Assembly: GCA_036172245.1 (NCBI GenBank)
Contig: JAYWIR010000056.1
Coordinates: 372,001 to 436,000 of the forward strand
Source: Raillietiella orientalis
Lineage: Eukaryota
Reading direction: 5' to 3'
Length of the DNA stretch: 64,000 nt
Shown: positions 1 through 13,418 of the stretch, one piece after another
How the letters are laid out: each line of letters opens with the position of its first letter
Position numbering within the stretch: the first letter of the stretch is position 1
Made by a program: the position numbers and the translations under genes
Notes under the pieces: model-generated
What the model was told of the DNA's origin: nothing
Databases searched by the model: none
Seen by the model: the letters and a program-made list of their open reading frames with translations, nothing else

Positions 1-78
1 TTGCTATCTTTATTAATTCTCAAGTCAAACCAAGTTGAATGCATCGCACGGTATTTGCAGGAGCTGCACGACTCGGCC

Positions 79-3000
79 TCAGTTGTGCACAACGGAAACC
101 TGTTTGTGTGTCAAGGAGATTCTGCCGAAGACGTTCCCGATCGTCAGGAAGATAGGATCCAAAACCAGCGTTACGACTTCTGACCACAGCTGAAAGACAA
201 GAACTCATTAGCAGGCTTTCCGGTTGTACCACGGCGCGAACGAGAGCTGAGCAACATGCGGGCAAACGCCCGTCGCAAAATTAAGCAGCCATGATGAAAT
301 AACGAGCCCAACTTCGGGCTCCGTGATTGTTTGGGAAGTTCAGGACTTCTCCCACATAATTTCCGGCCCGGGGGCTCCTTAATTACGAGGAAAAGCAAGA
401 AGCGACCATCAGCGCGAGTTCGTATGTGGGCTCTGCTGGAAACCTTCCTCGCCCAGCCCGATCTCACAGTGTGCGCGAGGTCTCTGGTGGTGGGGGGCCT
501 CGAGCACGCAAGCCTTCTGCCACAAACTATCTATGCCGGTCGTTTTATGGCACAGCTCGCGGAGCGTCAGTCATACTCTTTAGTGCTTTTGTCTCTCTCT
601 CTCTCCCTCTCCCTCTTTCCTTTTTTTGGCCCGACTCGATCTCCAATAACTCTCAGCACTGCTTGGCTTCTTCACGCAGCCGCCATTTTGAAAAAGAAAC
701 TGCAGAATTCGCATGGGACATGCAACACCCGTAGTCGACGACAAACAAAAGCTTCTTCGTGCCTTTTGTGAGCCTGTTCCAAAAACCGCAGATGAGCAGG
801 CGCACTCGCTAGGGAGGAATGATTTCGCCATTTTGCGCCACCTTTGTTGTGTACAACCTCGCGCGGGAGCAGCTGCATACACCCCGATTCCCCGATGCCT
901 GCGTCACCCATGCGAAACGGCTAGGGTGGTGGTCAAACACGGGAGAACGCAAGGCAATGTTGCGGCATGAAGGTGTTTGCCTTGGTTTTTTTTGTCTCGC
1001 TGTTTTGGGGTTTTTTTTTTTTTTTTTTTTTTTTTCCAGTTCCGACCGGAGAACTGAGCCGACAATTTCCCAACTTAATGAGCCTCCAGAAGCGGCATCC
1101 AGAGATCCATCTTCGTCGACAGGATATGGGGCTGGCCGCAAACCCTTACGGACACGGGTGCAGTGTCATCAGGTTCTCGTTGTTCCCAGCGAACGCTCGT
1201 GGCGAGGGCGAGCTGGCAGTCCGGCACAGGTCACCGTGATTTCAGCCAACCCATGTCGACGACACTGGGCCACGCGCATGTTTCGTGAGCCCGGTATCAT
1301 TTATTTAATTCCGCTCACTTCACTCATAAACACGGATAACGGGGAGTGATTAACATGTTCGCCAGGAGCTTTAAAGTAGCTTTAGAAGTAGCCTGTCTGC
1401 ATTTGCTTTACATGCCGGATAAGAACGGTGCTGTGGAAAAGAACGGAACGGTTAGCTTGCGAGAGTTCCGTCTCCCCGGATCTCGGTCTTTTTCCGGGGG
1501 GAAAAAAAAAACAAAAATTCATTCGGAACGGTGACTGTTTACACATCCGCAGGCGACCACATGCGGCAATGTACATACACTAATTCGACGTCCTCGCGAA
1601 AAAAAGCCAGCAACTGTGCTGGGAAACACTGTGAAAACAGAATCTGGAGTCGAAAAATGAGGGGACGCGCAGTAGCCGGAAGCATGCGCCATCCAGCTAC
1701 CTCTTCGGCATAGCTATTCGCCGCCGCGGCTCTTCAAGGAAGCCTTCTAGCAATGGAACCTTCCAGCTTTCGATCTTCGCGCAGGAATTCAACACGGTGA
1801 TGCGTCTTTGGTGAGACATGTCTTCCAGGACTGACACCTTTTCAGCACACAAAGAGCGAATTAAAAAACGGAAGGCAGGAGCAGAAAGACGGGAGCAGAG
1901 GCATGTGAGGGACGGAACTTTTCCACTTGCCTACCGGAAGAGATGGAGCATCGAAATTCCTGGAGCATTTTCGATTCCAGAACAGCCCAGGGAAGCATTT
2001 TTCAAGAAAAGCTACCGAATTCGCAAAAAAACGAATAAGTCCACTAAGGTTCCATCCACTTATTTTACGTGGATGCACGAAACTTTCTATTTATAATCCT
2101 AACGAATAACAGATTAATCACCCCTAAATCACCCGAGACGCCAGCTTTTCCCGTAATTGAGATTAGAGCAAAGAATGTTGCAGCATATTTTTAGCTTCCA
2201 CATGATGAACACAAAGTAGAGGGATCGTGTTATCCGAAGCATAAACCGAACCACACGTCTTAAAGTCACTTTAAGACGTGTGGTTCTGTTTATGCTGCCT
2301 GGAGTCATCAGCAATCAGCCATATCTCTTTTTTATCGCTGAAATTAGCATCACGTCACATATGCTGCAACATCATAAAAAGACGAAAGCAGTTCGAAAAC
2401 TGCTTTCGTCGGAAAGGATTCATTTCCTTCCTTATTCTTCAGAGTTACCCGAGAGCACCGACTTGTGAAGACGAGAAGAGCATTCGGAGGAGCAGCTTTC
2501 AGTAAATTCTTCCTCCTCCGCCAAGGAAGGAAAGAGCTACGGTGCTTGTTTTCATACGATGAAATTTACAGCAGTTGGCACTACTGATGGAGACAGAGTG
2601 CCATTAAGCCGACTCGTGAAAGCTTTTTATGCAGGGCGACGCTCTCGAGTGACTGGCGTCACTCCTGAGACATCACAACGTACCGTCACCATTCTTCCTC
2701 GGTATGCGAAGGCTCCGATACAAAAGACTCCGGAAGGAACCCCGGAGAACATTTTCACTAACCCTTCTCTGCTCCGCTCGTTTTCCCCCCGTCTAGACTC
2801 GATGCTAGACTCAAGAAATTGGAAAAGTTTCCCTGGAACAGCTCTCCCATCTTCTGGACGGATGAGCAGGTTCAGCAAAACCGATGGCCAACACTGCTCG
2901 AATCTTCCTGTTTTTCAGACGTATGGAACTACCTGGAAATGACGGCTAGGATGCGCTCTGGGACTCCCTTCAGGAAGCCCGAGCCAAGTGCTTCAACAGG

Positions 3001-6000
3001 AACAAAAAAACAGCCTGCATCACACCGAACGCGATGCCTCCCTTTCCCACAAATCCTCCATCTTTCAAAGGAACCCCAAAGAAACTAAAGCACACGGAAG
3101 CACTGCTGCTCCTCGTGCGAAGCAGGAAGCGCACACGGGAAACAAATGGAGATGGAAATTCGGATGGTCCCACAGTTAACCCTGGGAAGTACCGGCTTCC
3201 AGGAGCAGTGAGCAGGACACACCGCAAGTGACCGACGCCGGGAAGGCGAACCGCCCGGAAACCGCGGTAAACCTCCCGACGCCATAACTTCGTAGGTATA
3301 TTCTGACCTCAGGCCTAAGCCACGGAGCGCCCTTTCGCTTTTTTGCAGCCGTGCGTGATTAAGAATTCTGTGATTCTCCTGGGGATCGAGATTTCCATCC
3401 CTGGAATCCGGGCCGAGGAAAAAAAAAATCCCTCCGCCTGAGTTGTGGCTAACGCACAGTTTCCGAACGACTTCTTGCGGGAGTAGGTCACATGGATGAG
3501 AACACTGTGCGATTGGGCTGAACGCAACAGTGAGACGGGGAAGATTCCACGTCGATCCACTGTGCAATCTGAGCGTTGTATCTGTTACAAGCAAAAACAA
3601 ACCCGGAGCCTGCAGTCGCAGCTCAGCTGGCACTCTTTCACCGAAATTAGACTGACAAACGAAAAGGACGGGAAAGCAACGGATGCAGAACGCCAGCATT
3701 CTTTCCCAGTGGTGATGAAATGAAACGAGATCAGCATGCAAGATTACTTGTCTCGTTCCTCGAGTGTAGAACGTGAAGACAAAGAATTGAAGATCGCTGT
3801 TCGAGATGCATGACTCGCTCCTGTCACATGACAAAGGAGCGTTCCAAAAGGAAGACGCAACGAAAAACCCTTATGGAGACTCGCGTTTCTTTATAGCGTC
3901 GACTGCTAACGCCCAACACAAAATTATATGCACAAAGTCACGGAGGTGTAACAGATGGACACACAATTACCGGAAACCATCCAAATCATCGTGAAACAAC
4001 TGCCGTTTATAATTGCAGCACAGGCGTGAGGAAAGCTTCAGAAACTTTGGTTGCAGGTATGGGGGGGAGGAGGGAGGGCAGAAGAGAACGTTTTCTCTGT
4101 CCTCGTATGTCCTCATCAGTGTTTTTAAGACTTTGAACTTGGATTGATTTAAGCAAACCGAGTTTCTGGAATCCTCCCATCTGACTGGCGCTGCTACTTG
4201 GCGTAACAGACATAGTGTTGTAAAGGAACTCAACTCACTTTGTCAACGAGACAAGGAACTGGCAGATGAAATATGGAATTTGCGATTATTAAATTACGTT
4301 GGAGTCACCATTCAAAGAAAAGAAAAGAAAAAAAAAACAGAATCGTTTTGTGAGTTACGAAGGCACACGAACCTATCAGGAAGCATTTTGCTGAGGCTCC
4401 CGTCAACATCCGAATTCGTGGGTCCGCACTGCATTTCGACAGAACTCGGCAGACCACTTTCGTAGGATCTGTTCTGATACACACGCTGCGGCGTTGCGTC
4501 CCTTTTAATTTGACCTTTTTGGAAAGCAAGTGCTCGCTTTATTAAAATTCGTGTCGAAGCCCAACCACTGATTCGCTTCAATTTAGCTCGGAAAAATGGA
4601 AGACAGAGATGGGGAGGAAAAAAAAAAAAAAAAACACGATGATCCCACATGCACGGTAACGCACAGTTACCTTGCATGTGGGATAATGCAAGATCAAGGA
4701 TCCAGGACAAAGGTTCGGTTTGGATCGAAAGATGATTTTCCCCTTTTCCCGGTTGATCCTGCCCCAGTGACGAGCTGTACTTCACGTTCTGCAAACAGCG
4801 ATGGAAGAACAGGGAGGAAGAAGTATTTATGAAGGACATTCAGAATACAGCAGAGAAATCCTGCAAGCACTTCCATTTAAGATCACCTGCAGCTTTGATT
4901 AGCCAAACTAAAAACATCTCATTAAAAAAAAGCAACCGATGTTCCAACTGAATATTTAGAATGCCAGCACGGTGCATTCACTGCCGCCTCGCATTTCGTT
5001 GACCCACAATTTTAAATAAAAATATAAATTCCCGAACTTGGAACGGAGTCGACTTGGACTTTTCCAAATATTTACACATGCGGCGTTTCTGTTCAGTGTC
5101 TTTAAGCATTGATGATGATGATGATATAAAAAAATAAAACGCTTTGCACGTAAAAACGATTAAAAGTGATCATTTCACAGCAGTGAAAAATTAATGCGAA
5201 CAAGGAACTACATCTCGAGTGTACATAAATACGAAAACATCCAAACAATTTAATTTGTGCACAACAATTTGTTTCGAGGACAGTGTACAAAAACGCTTCC
5301 GCAAATACGGATGTACTTGATCGTTGCTGATAACTCGTACCTGCTTGAAAATCGAAAGCATCCAATTCAGTACTTTCAAAAATGGAGTGAAGATCCATAT
5401 TTGCAGGAATGCCACTACAGCAAAGCAGGCTCCCCAGACGATGGCGCACGGGATCGCAATTGTAGCTGCTAAGAATGCGTAGATCCAATACTTGGTGCGA
5501 GTGAACGCAAGGTATGCCAATTTCCATATCACGTCGAAACCATGAGAAGATGCAGGTTCCGCAAGGACATCTTCGAATCCCAACTTGGAAGAGCAATCGT
5601 ATTTATTCCGGTGTCAAATAAGCGAAATAAACACAAAGAAATAAACCGAAATTTCCTTAACCAAAAGAAGGGGAAAAAGGAAGATGGATGGGTTCCGGAA
5701 ATCAACCCCGTTGCATTCATTCGCTTTAACTACTCGCCATCACATGCATACCACCCTGTAGTGCGAGTTATTCAGTTTGCATCCCAATGTAAAAAAAAAA
5801 AAGAGAGAGATTGTCCCCAAAAAGATAGTTTACGAGAAGGGAAAAAAGAAAAATAACAACATAATCCTTCTGAGACAGAAATAATGAACACACACACACA
5901 CAAAAGCAAGGACTCGCATTCCTTCTTCGGCCCTAAAAAGTCAACACGACCAGTGGGCACATGAGCGGATGCTCAAGATGACGAGGATAAAATCGCAATA

Positions 6001-7329
6001 AAAAGGAATGAGCACAGCAGCATGCAAAACGATATCAACAATACGGAACAAGAGATGCGCCAACAATACAGAACAACCGATGGGACAACAATACGGAACA
6101 ACCGAAGCGTCGTCAACAATGCACAACAAGAACATTTTCCTTGAGCGCTTCCCCCCCCCTCCCTCCTTCAGTTCCAAGCAGAGCTTGCGCGTCCTAGCAG
6201 CATCCTCGAAACGCTGATGGACTGCCCGACGCCCTTGGTTGGCCTCGACAACGAGGATTTGAATTTTTTCCGGACCAACCAAAGGCGGGGGAGGCAGTTT
6301 TCGGAATGCTCGGGCCGTGCGAGTATGGGGCACGACGGGTCACGTGGGATGAAGATCCTTGCTTCTTTTTTTGTTGTTACAACGTGATCCGAACCGGGAG
6401 CAACCGAGGTCGACTGGAGCGGCAACGCGCGTTCCGGGATCTCCCCCCTTCCTCCATTCCATCTGGCGAACACACGCCCGAGTTTTTCCCACGCTGCCGT
6501 CTCTTCCCAGAGGGGAGATTAGAAAGAAAAAAAGAAAAAAAAAAAAAAAACGGCGGCATTCCTGTTGTTGCCGAACTCGGTCCGGCGAGCAGAGTTCGCT
6601 CTCCCCTTTCCTGTCTCCCTTTTTGTTCCTTTTTTCGAAAGTCGCGATGACGATAGGAACGGCCTCTCCTAACGGAATTGCTACGGGCTGGCAAAGACGA
6701 CTCTCCGTTACGCAGATGCTTTTCGCGAGATCCCTTGGAGAATGCGGGGTGTTTTATTCCCCAGGGGATGTCACCAGAAGAGGAAGGTAAGGAAGGAAGG
6801 ATAAGGACGAAGGAGGAGGCTGGAACTTTGGAAAGCGTTAGGAGCGAAGACACCCCAAAGTTGGGAGTGCCACTGCCCTCGAGAAAGAGCGCACGGAAAA
6901 GGGGGAAGTGCGGGGAGAGAGAGACGCAGACGGACGGGCAGATAGACAAAAACATAGAGAAAGAACTTACGTTGACACAGTCGTTGACGTGCTTGTCGTC
7001 GCGGTCCAGCAGGTTAACGCCAATCGTCAGGTGACAGCTGGGACGGCGGAAGTGGTTCCTCCTGGCCTTGTCCTTCCTTCCGGGCGTTTTCTCCTTTTTG
7101 TCGAGGCCGTCTTTGTCCTGGAGTTGGACGATAAGAGGCGAAGCGGCCGCGGTCGACTCACCGCCGCGCTCTTGTCGTTCTCCGAGTTCTCGTGGAAACT
7201 CCTCTCGGTCAACTCCAGGGCGTCCTTGTCCCCAGCCTTCCCCTTCTCCTCGACGTCCTTCTTCAGCAACGGAACGTTCGGGTCCGCGGCGTTGACTTTC
7301 CCTTCCATGTCAGGCGGAACCTGGGGCAT
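79..7329 (-). CDS. cav: Caveolin (about 222 aa), 4 coding exons: 7329-7162, 7117-6971, 5583-5341, 189-79
   Basis: Manual splicing with GT-AG, all phase 0, gives ...NLLDRDDKHVNDCVN|LGFEDVLAEPASSHGFDVIWKLAYLAFTRTKYWIYAFLAATIAIPCAIVWGACFAVVAFLQIWIFTPFLKVLNWMLSIFKQ|LWSEVVTLVLDPIFLTIGNVFGRISLTHKQVSVVHN*. This contains the FEDV(I/L)AEP caveolin signature, scaffolding domain, hydrophobic hairpin and a C-terminal DP-x-F helix. Introns are 44, 1387 and 5151 nt. The first exon is the least certain. Confidence 0.93.
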
Positions 7330-8097
7330 TCTGGAGTAAGCATTTTCGTGGAATGGGGTGAAAGAAAGGAGGGGCAGAAAAAGGAGCGCGGCAAGAGACG
7401 CGCTCCTTTTTCAAGAGACGCGCGCTCCCCAAACACACCGGACCCTTCTTTTCCCTCCCTGAGGACAAACTTTTCTCCCGCCCCCCTAAGATGGAAAGGA
7501 AAGGAAGGGTCCATGGCCACGATGAGCGAACCAGACGTGCGAACGAGAGTTAACCCGGAAGTCATCGGAAGACGGGAGGCTGTGCAGTCCCAGAAGGTGC
7601 ATGCCAGAATTTCCTCTCCGTAAGGAGGAGTCCAGTTTCCCTTCACCTCCTCCGTAGGCGAGAGGTCGCGAATACCAGCCCCTTACTGGCCCGAAAGCAG
7701 GACCTGCAGATCCGACGATAGGGAGTTGCCACGCGACAAGGAGGGAGACAACCTTTCAGCTCCCGGACCAAGCGCTCTATGGCTTTCGAAATAAAGCACC
7801 TCGGGGAATCGTCCGTGGTACATTCCCGCCGGTCCGCCCCATCCCTCAAAGATAACTTCCCTTGCTCGAGATCCCGAAAGCGAAAAGAGACACGGAAGGG
7901 GAAGTCCTGGGGCCCCGCTGCCGGAATCCCGGAGTCCAGAATGACGGTGGCGCCATGGACCTCCACGGGGACTTCGCTGGGGCCTTCTCGTTCCCGGGAG
8001 CAGCGAGGGACAGGGGAAAACCAAAGAGAGCGTTACGGTGCTCTTCCGCGCGAGCACCTCCCGCCTTGCCGGTGAAGGCGGTGGCTGCTGGACTTAC

Positions 8098-8138
8098 CGC
8101 AGAATCCGCGCAGAGAGTCACCAAGGCAACTGGCTTTC
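8098..8138 (-). other. Candidate non-coding 5' UTR exon of caveolin
   Basis: Pyrimidine-rich acceptor (gtcctttgtcgtcgtctacag) and a consensus GTAAGT donor at 8097. An acceptor-like cttactccag lies immediately upstream of the caveolin ATG at 7329. Confidence 0.35.
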
Positions 8139-9598
8139 CTGTAGACGACGACAAAGGACGACAGCTCAGCCAGGCACCAGGACCATCACCAGGCAACCAC
8201 TGGCACAGCGAGCGAGCGCCGCCAGGACGCACGCTTCGGCGGCCCCTCGCACCCGATTGGTCGGAGCCCACCGACAGCAACGCGTCCTGACGGAGCAACC
8301 ACGCGGCTCCCTTTCTTCTCCTCACAGGGAGCACGCAGCAAAGGACCTGCGAGCATCCGCTGATACCTTCGTTCCCTCCGTCGCAGGCTCCCCCGGAACG
8401 TGGCCGCAGAGGACCTCTTCTCTGCTCACGGAGGCGACCCGGGAGAGCGCACTTTTCCCTTCCCAGGAACACCTCTCTCATTCTGCTAGCTGGAGAGATG
8501 GAATGCCCGGTTCCTCTCCCGGGGCCTGGCATCGCACCTGGGAGCGGTCGCTCTCCATCTCCGGGACCGGAGCATCGCCTCCGCTACCCTCCTCCGTCTC
8601 AGACGAGCTCAGCAGCAGCAGCTTGCCGGGGAGGCGAGGCAGGTGCAGAGGAAAAGGGGTCCTGCCTGGGGTATCGGCGACGCCCTCTCTGGGATGGCTC
8701 ACCGCGCGCGCTATCTTCCGGAGCGCGGAAGAACTGCACCTAGCCGAACTGCTCGCTGCCGCCGCTATTTCGTCGATTTCCTCCCTCCCTCGAGATGCAG
8801 AGGAATTGGGAGAGGAAATGAGGAGGAATGTCGACCCCTCCATGCGTCCTCTTCTTCGCGAGGAGTCTCTGTGGCGACGACTTGGAAGAGACGGGACCGC
8901 GAAGCGTGTCAGCGGCCAAGGCAGCTTCTCAAGCGTCTACAAACACTCCAGGAGGAATCCACTCTGGCGGCAGTTGGCACCGCTGTCCACGGCTCACTCC
9001 CGTGGGCGTAGAGAATGATCGGTGGCACGCGAACGGAGACGACTGCTCAGCCAACCCAGAGAGGGCGATCCCTCTAGAAAGAGCAAGCGAGGGCGGCACC
9101 CTCGGACCCCGCGTCAGCGGATCGCGTCCGGCGCATCATCGAGCGGGGACCTCCAAAGAGGCGTGACTCTGCACGTGACGTCATTGTTTCCACCGTCTAT
9201 GGCAGCAGGTGAGGCCGAGCTATGCCAGGGACCGAAGACAAGCCCCGGCCGAATCTTGCGAGTCGCGGGGTTCGCCATCAGCTGGCAAGGTGGGGACGTC
9301 AACCGAAGACGCCGTTCTCTCCAAAGTCCGTGGCGGAAAAGGGCTCTGCACGCGAGCAGCCCCTCCCTCCGATCCCAGTGTGAAGAAAAGTCTACGACTA
9401 CCCAGCAGGGATAGGGGGTCCTGAGATGAAAAGGCTGGTGGAGTCATTCCGCGCCGTGCACGATCATCCGCAGGAAGCAACGACCCACGTCCCCCCCACC
9501 CCGTGCAACTCCCGTCTCTGGCTGGCTGTCTCTAGAAACACTTCGGCAAGAAGAGGAAGTCGGCGATCGATTTTCAGAGAAGGTTCGTCCCTTACTCT

Positions 9599-9930
9599 TC
9601 CTCCTCCCCCTCCTCCTCCTCCCTCCCTCCCTCCCTCTCTCCCTCCTTCCGGGAAACGGGAGTCTTCCCGGAAAGAAAGAAACTCGTCGTGGCGGACGCT
9701 GCAAGAGCCCCTGGCGGAATCTGCAGGAAGGTCTCTCGGAGACGGCGGCTCTAGTAAGCGACACGGCTCCTTCATCCCGGCGCCGGGAACCCCGGTCGCC
9801 CGGCCAACAGCTTGCTGACATGCGCACCCCGAAGGGCGGCCGCGAGCTCGCGTGCGCGCCCCCCTTCTCCTTGCGAGCCTCTCCTTCCTCGCGCGCGTGC
9901 GCGCCCTCCTCCTCCTCCTCCTCCTCCTCC
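9599..9930. repeat. (CCT)n/(CCCT)n polypyrimidine microsatellites at about 9599-9645 and 9905-9930
   Basis: Read directly from the sequence. Confidence 0.85.
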
Positions 9931-12900
9931 ACCTTTCGTCTCCGGATCGATGAGGCGTACCCGGTCCGTTCGGATCTGGACCTCGCTGACCCCTAGCCGA
10001 CCGGAACCGCAGATCACGGGATCTGGGGAAGATGCCGCCGTCCATGGTCTGGGGAGGCTAAAACAGCCGCAACAGGAGGGCCACCACCAAGATTCGCGCC
10101 CGATGGAGGGCCGCAAGGCGCCGCAAAGGTTCGGGTCGGGGAGGCAGGGGCCGAGGAACGTCCTCGCCGGCGAAAGGGCGCGCCCGACCGGCGTCCGCTC
10201 CTCCCGACCCGCGGAGAGGGGAGGTCGCCCGGCGAATGATCGCCCCGGGGTGCCTCGACGAAAGATCCTGCCGTTCCCTGAGGTCACCCTCGCGCGCTGG
10301 CTCGTCCGAGAACGCTCAGGGCGGTGCCGTCGAGCCGTCCGCCCCTTCTCGTTCCTCCTTTTCCTCTCGAAAGGTCACACCTCCTTTCGAGCCCGAAGAG
10401 GAGGGGTGAGCTGAGGAGCCACCTGACGGACGATTCCCCTGTCTGAAGCAGTGGCATCATCCAAGGAAGGTTCTAAGGGAAGGCTCGCTCCTTCGCCCTT
10501 ACGCCCCCACGAGAGAGGCGTTCGGCTCCTTGTACGAAGGCGCAGGGACGCTCGAGGACTTAGGTGATCCGCTCCCTCGGAATTGGCGCCTCTCGCAGAC
10601 GAGGGAAGCACCTCGCCTCCTCCCCCGAGTCTGACACCCGATTCCCCTTCGAGATGCAGTCATTGCCAGGCTCGGGTGCTGCGCTTTGGGAAAAAGGCAG
10701 CGACACCCTACGAAGACAGGCAGTAGAGGAGCGTTTTTTGCAGCATCCCTCTATCTCCCAGCACGAACCTGGATGCGGGACGCACGCCGTTCCGGTTCCC
10801 TCAGGCCCTGGACGCTCCAACTCATGCTCTGTCCCGACCCGTCAGCAGAGCCTGGACGATTCACGGCGGCGACGCACCCATCGAAATCGCGGCCATCCCC
10901 TCAGGCACAATGCACAAGAGGTCGGGTAGCAGGAACAGCCTCAGGCAGAGGCGGTCACGCCTCGGTGCCACTGCCTGCGAGCACGCCCTCCTGTGGATAA
11001 AGAAGCTGCCCTGGTAGAGGAGCTTTCCCCACCTCCATCCTGCCTCCGTCCAGGACGTCGCTCCTTCCTTCGGGCCCGCCCTTCCTTAGCGGGAGACAGG
11101 CAGTCCCCACTGGCGCCGTTCCCGACCCACCGCTTCACGCCTTGCTGCGCGCATGCGAGCGAGCAAGTGGATGGCGCCTTGCCGCCGTGGTCGCGAGACG
11201 GTTCGGGGGAGGGAGGGAATTGGGGGGGAAGAGGGAACAGGGATGAGAAGGAAGGACTGCAGAATCACCTTGCCAAACTCCGTCTGCCCTGCGCGGCAGC
11301 TCCAGGAGAGAGGGAATCCTGTGGGAATCATGCGATGCTGCGGCTCGTAGCGTGCATTCCCTGGCGACGAAGCGAGGAGAAATCTGACGTCAGCGCAAGA
11401 TTTACGTCGATTCACGCTGGCCTCGGGTTTTGTTTTTTCTTTTTCCATCCTTTCGCCACCCCCTCTCCCTTTTCTTGGCCACGAACCTCCCAAAAGGTTT
11501 TAAAACGGAAAGAACACGGGCAGTCCGAGGACTCTCTGTCGTTGTTGCTGTGAGAAAGGATTGTCGTTGTTGGCGTGCATGCACAAATACCACTTTGATG
11601 GGAACGAAAAGAACGGGCGCAATCCGACTGAAGAGCGCGGAACACACGAAAACTCAGCCGGGACACGAGCATCATCTCATCCCGGACTCTAACAAGTTTG
11701 GAGAGAGAAGTTCTTCCCGATTATTGGTTTGCGGGGGATGCCAAGAGCCCATCGAGACTGCCGCAACCTGCCGCACCGAGAGAAAGCGGAACACCCCATC
11801 GGCTGAGATGGGTATGCGTTCGGGGGAAGCGGGAAGCACTAGAAGCATGTGAAGGCCTGCCACCGGGAAGTCCCAGTCGAGCCAGCCACAGAAGAGCGAG
11901 AAGACCGTTAGGCATGCATCGGCGGACGAGACCCGCTGCTAGGAAACTCAGCATCGCTGTAAGGCAAGTCTATTTTTGTAAGCTCTAGTTATTGGGATTT
12001 CCATTTATAGTGCGTCCATTGTTTAATTTCAGATTGTTCGAACAATGTTGTGATTGTTTACATTATGATGATTTGCGAAAAATTCTTTCCTGCTGGACCA
12101 CGGATGGCGAAGAGAGCGCCGCTGTGAAAGCTTGCCTGCTTCATGAGCACCAAAGACCGGATTCCGGAAGAAACGATAATCGAGAGCTATCGTTTGGGAT
12201 TCCTCCTGCTAGATGCTGTTTGAGGAATATGGTTCTGCTTAGGAGCACCATCTCGAAAAATCCGGACGCCTGGATATCCAGGAAAGCTCGTGGCGGGAAA
12301 ACTGGAACAACTTCCCCTCGAGTACGGTACGAATTTAGGAGAGCCGAGAATGCAACGGCGAACTTTGCCGTGCATCTTCACGAGCTCAGGGTAAGACTAC
12401 AGGAGCATCTGCAGTGGGCATTCTATGGACATGGGTTGGTGTCGGGACCTGCATGATGGTTCCGGGCTTATTTTGGGGTCTCATCTGTTTCGTCGAGGTG
12501 ATCTACCCTCTCGCACTGGACAGGGGGCTACCTGCCTTCTCAGTCGGATGGATTTCCAGATCTCAGGAAACTGAAAAGCCCAGGCAGATATTCCGGTGCA
12601 TCCACCCAGATTTTCTTCCATGGGGCTGAAGACGGAGAAAGCGGGAAGCGTTCACCAAGCTGCTTCCACTCGCAGTGGATTTTACCCTTGGAGGAGGGAA
12701 AGGCAGGGGGTTCGTGCCTCTTTGGATCCCCAGAATCGGTCAGTTTATTCCTCAGTTTCAGGAATAAGATAAGTACCGCGTCCATCCTGGTGCACAGGAT
12801 GGACGCGGTCCATACTGGAAGCAGCGAGCCTGCAACCTACCGAAAGATCAGGATACAAAAATTGCAGTGTTCTTTTACCTACCGCTGACCCGTTTTTTCT

Positions 12901-13418
12901 TCTCATCCCTCTCTGAGGTCTAGTCCTCTTGAGAGGGGACGTTTTGAAGAATGCCTCTCTCCTCTACCCCCACTGCAATAAATGCAGGCACGTTGTTACT
13001 CAGAGATCCCTGGAAACACTTTCAGGCAAGAATTTTCGTGAAATGCTGGGAACGGATGGTTCCATCTTCCTCTTCGGAAGCACGGAACGACTTCTCAGAC
13101 TAGGTCATTCAGATTCTCTCCCTAAGATTCCATCTACTGCTTACTCTGTTCGAACAAATGGCGGTAGCGAAACTGTGACTGCTAGTTGCTGAGAAACGAG
13201 GTCGACTCTTCCACTGCGGAAGTCCGCCTATCACAGATGGCGCGCTATCCGCTGGAACTTTCTCCTCTCTCGAGTGCACCTGCTCCGGAGTTGCTCCAGC
13301 GTCAGTAACGTCAGGCTATGACTGCCGCTCCAGTAGCTTCCGAATCGCGTTTTCTCTCAGTCCGCTGCGTTGAGATTCAACTTGATTCAAGTTTATAGAT
13401 TTCCTTGGCTTCCTTAGG

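Larger units (their letters stand above)
7330..11400. promoter_or_regulatory. GC/CpG-rich island upstream of caveolin, with (CCT)n tracts
   Basis: Visibly high GC with abundant CpG. The overlapping ORFs in all frames are low-complexity and rich in R, P, G and S. Confidence 0.4.

Noticed and set aside
7027..7329. 100-aa ORF as an independent gene or frameshifted caveolin
   Set aside because: Explained by caveolin exon 1 plus a 44-nt GT-AG intron.
8038..9018. 326-aa plus-strand ORF and many overlapping ORFs at 7.6-11.5 kb
   Set aside because: GC-rich DNA is stop-poor in all six frames. The products are low-complexity (R/S/P/G/A) with no motif.
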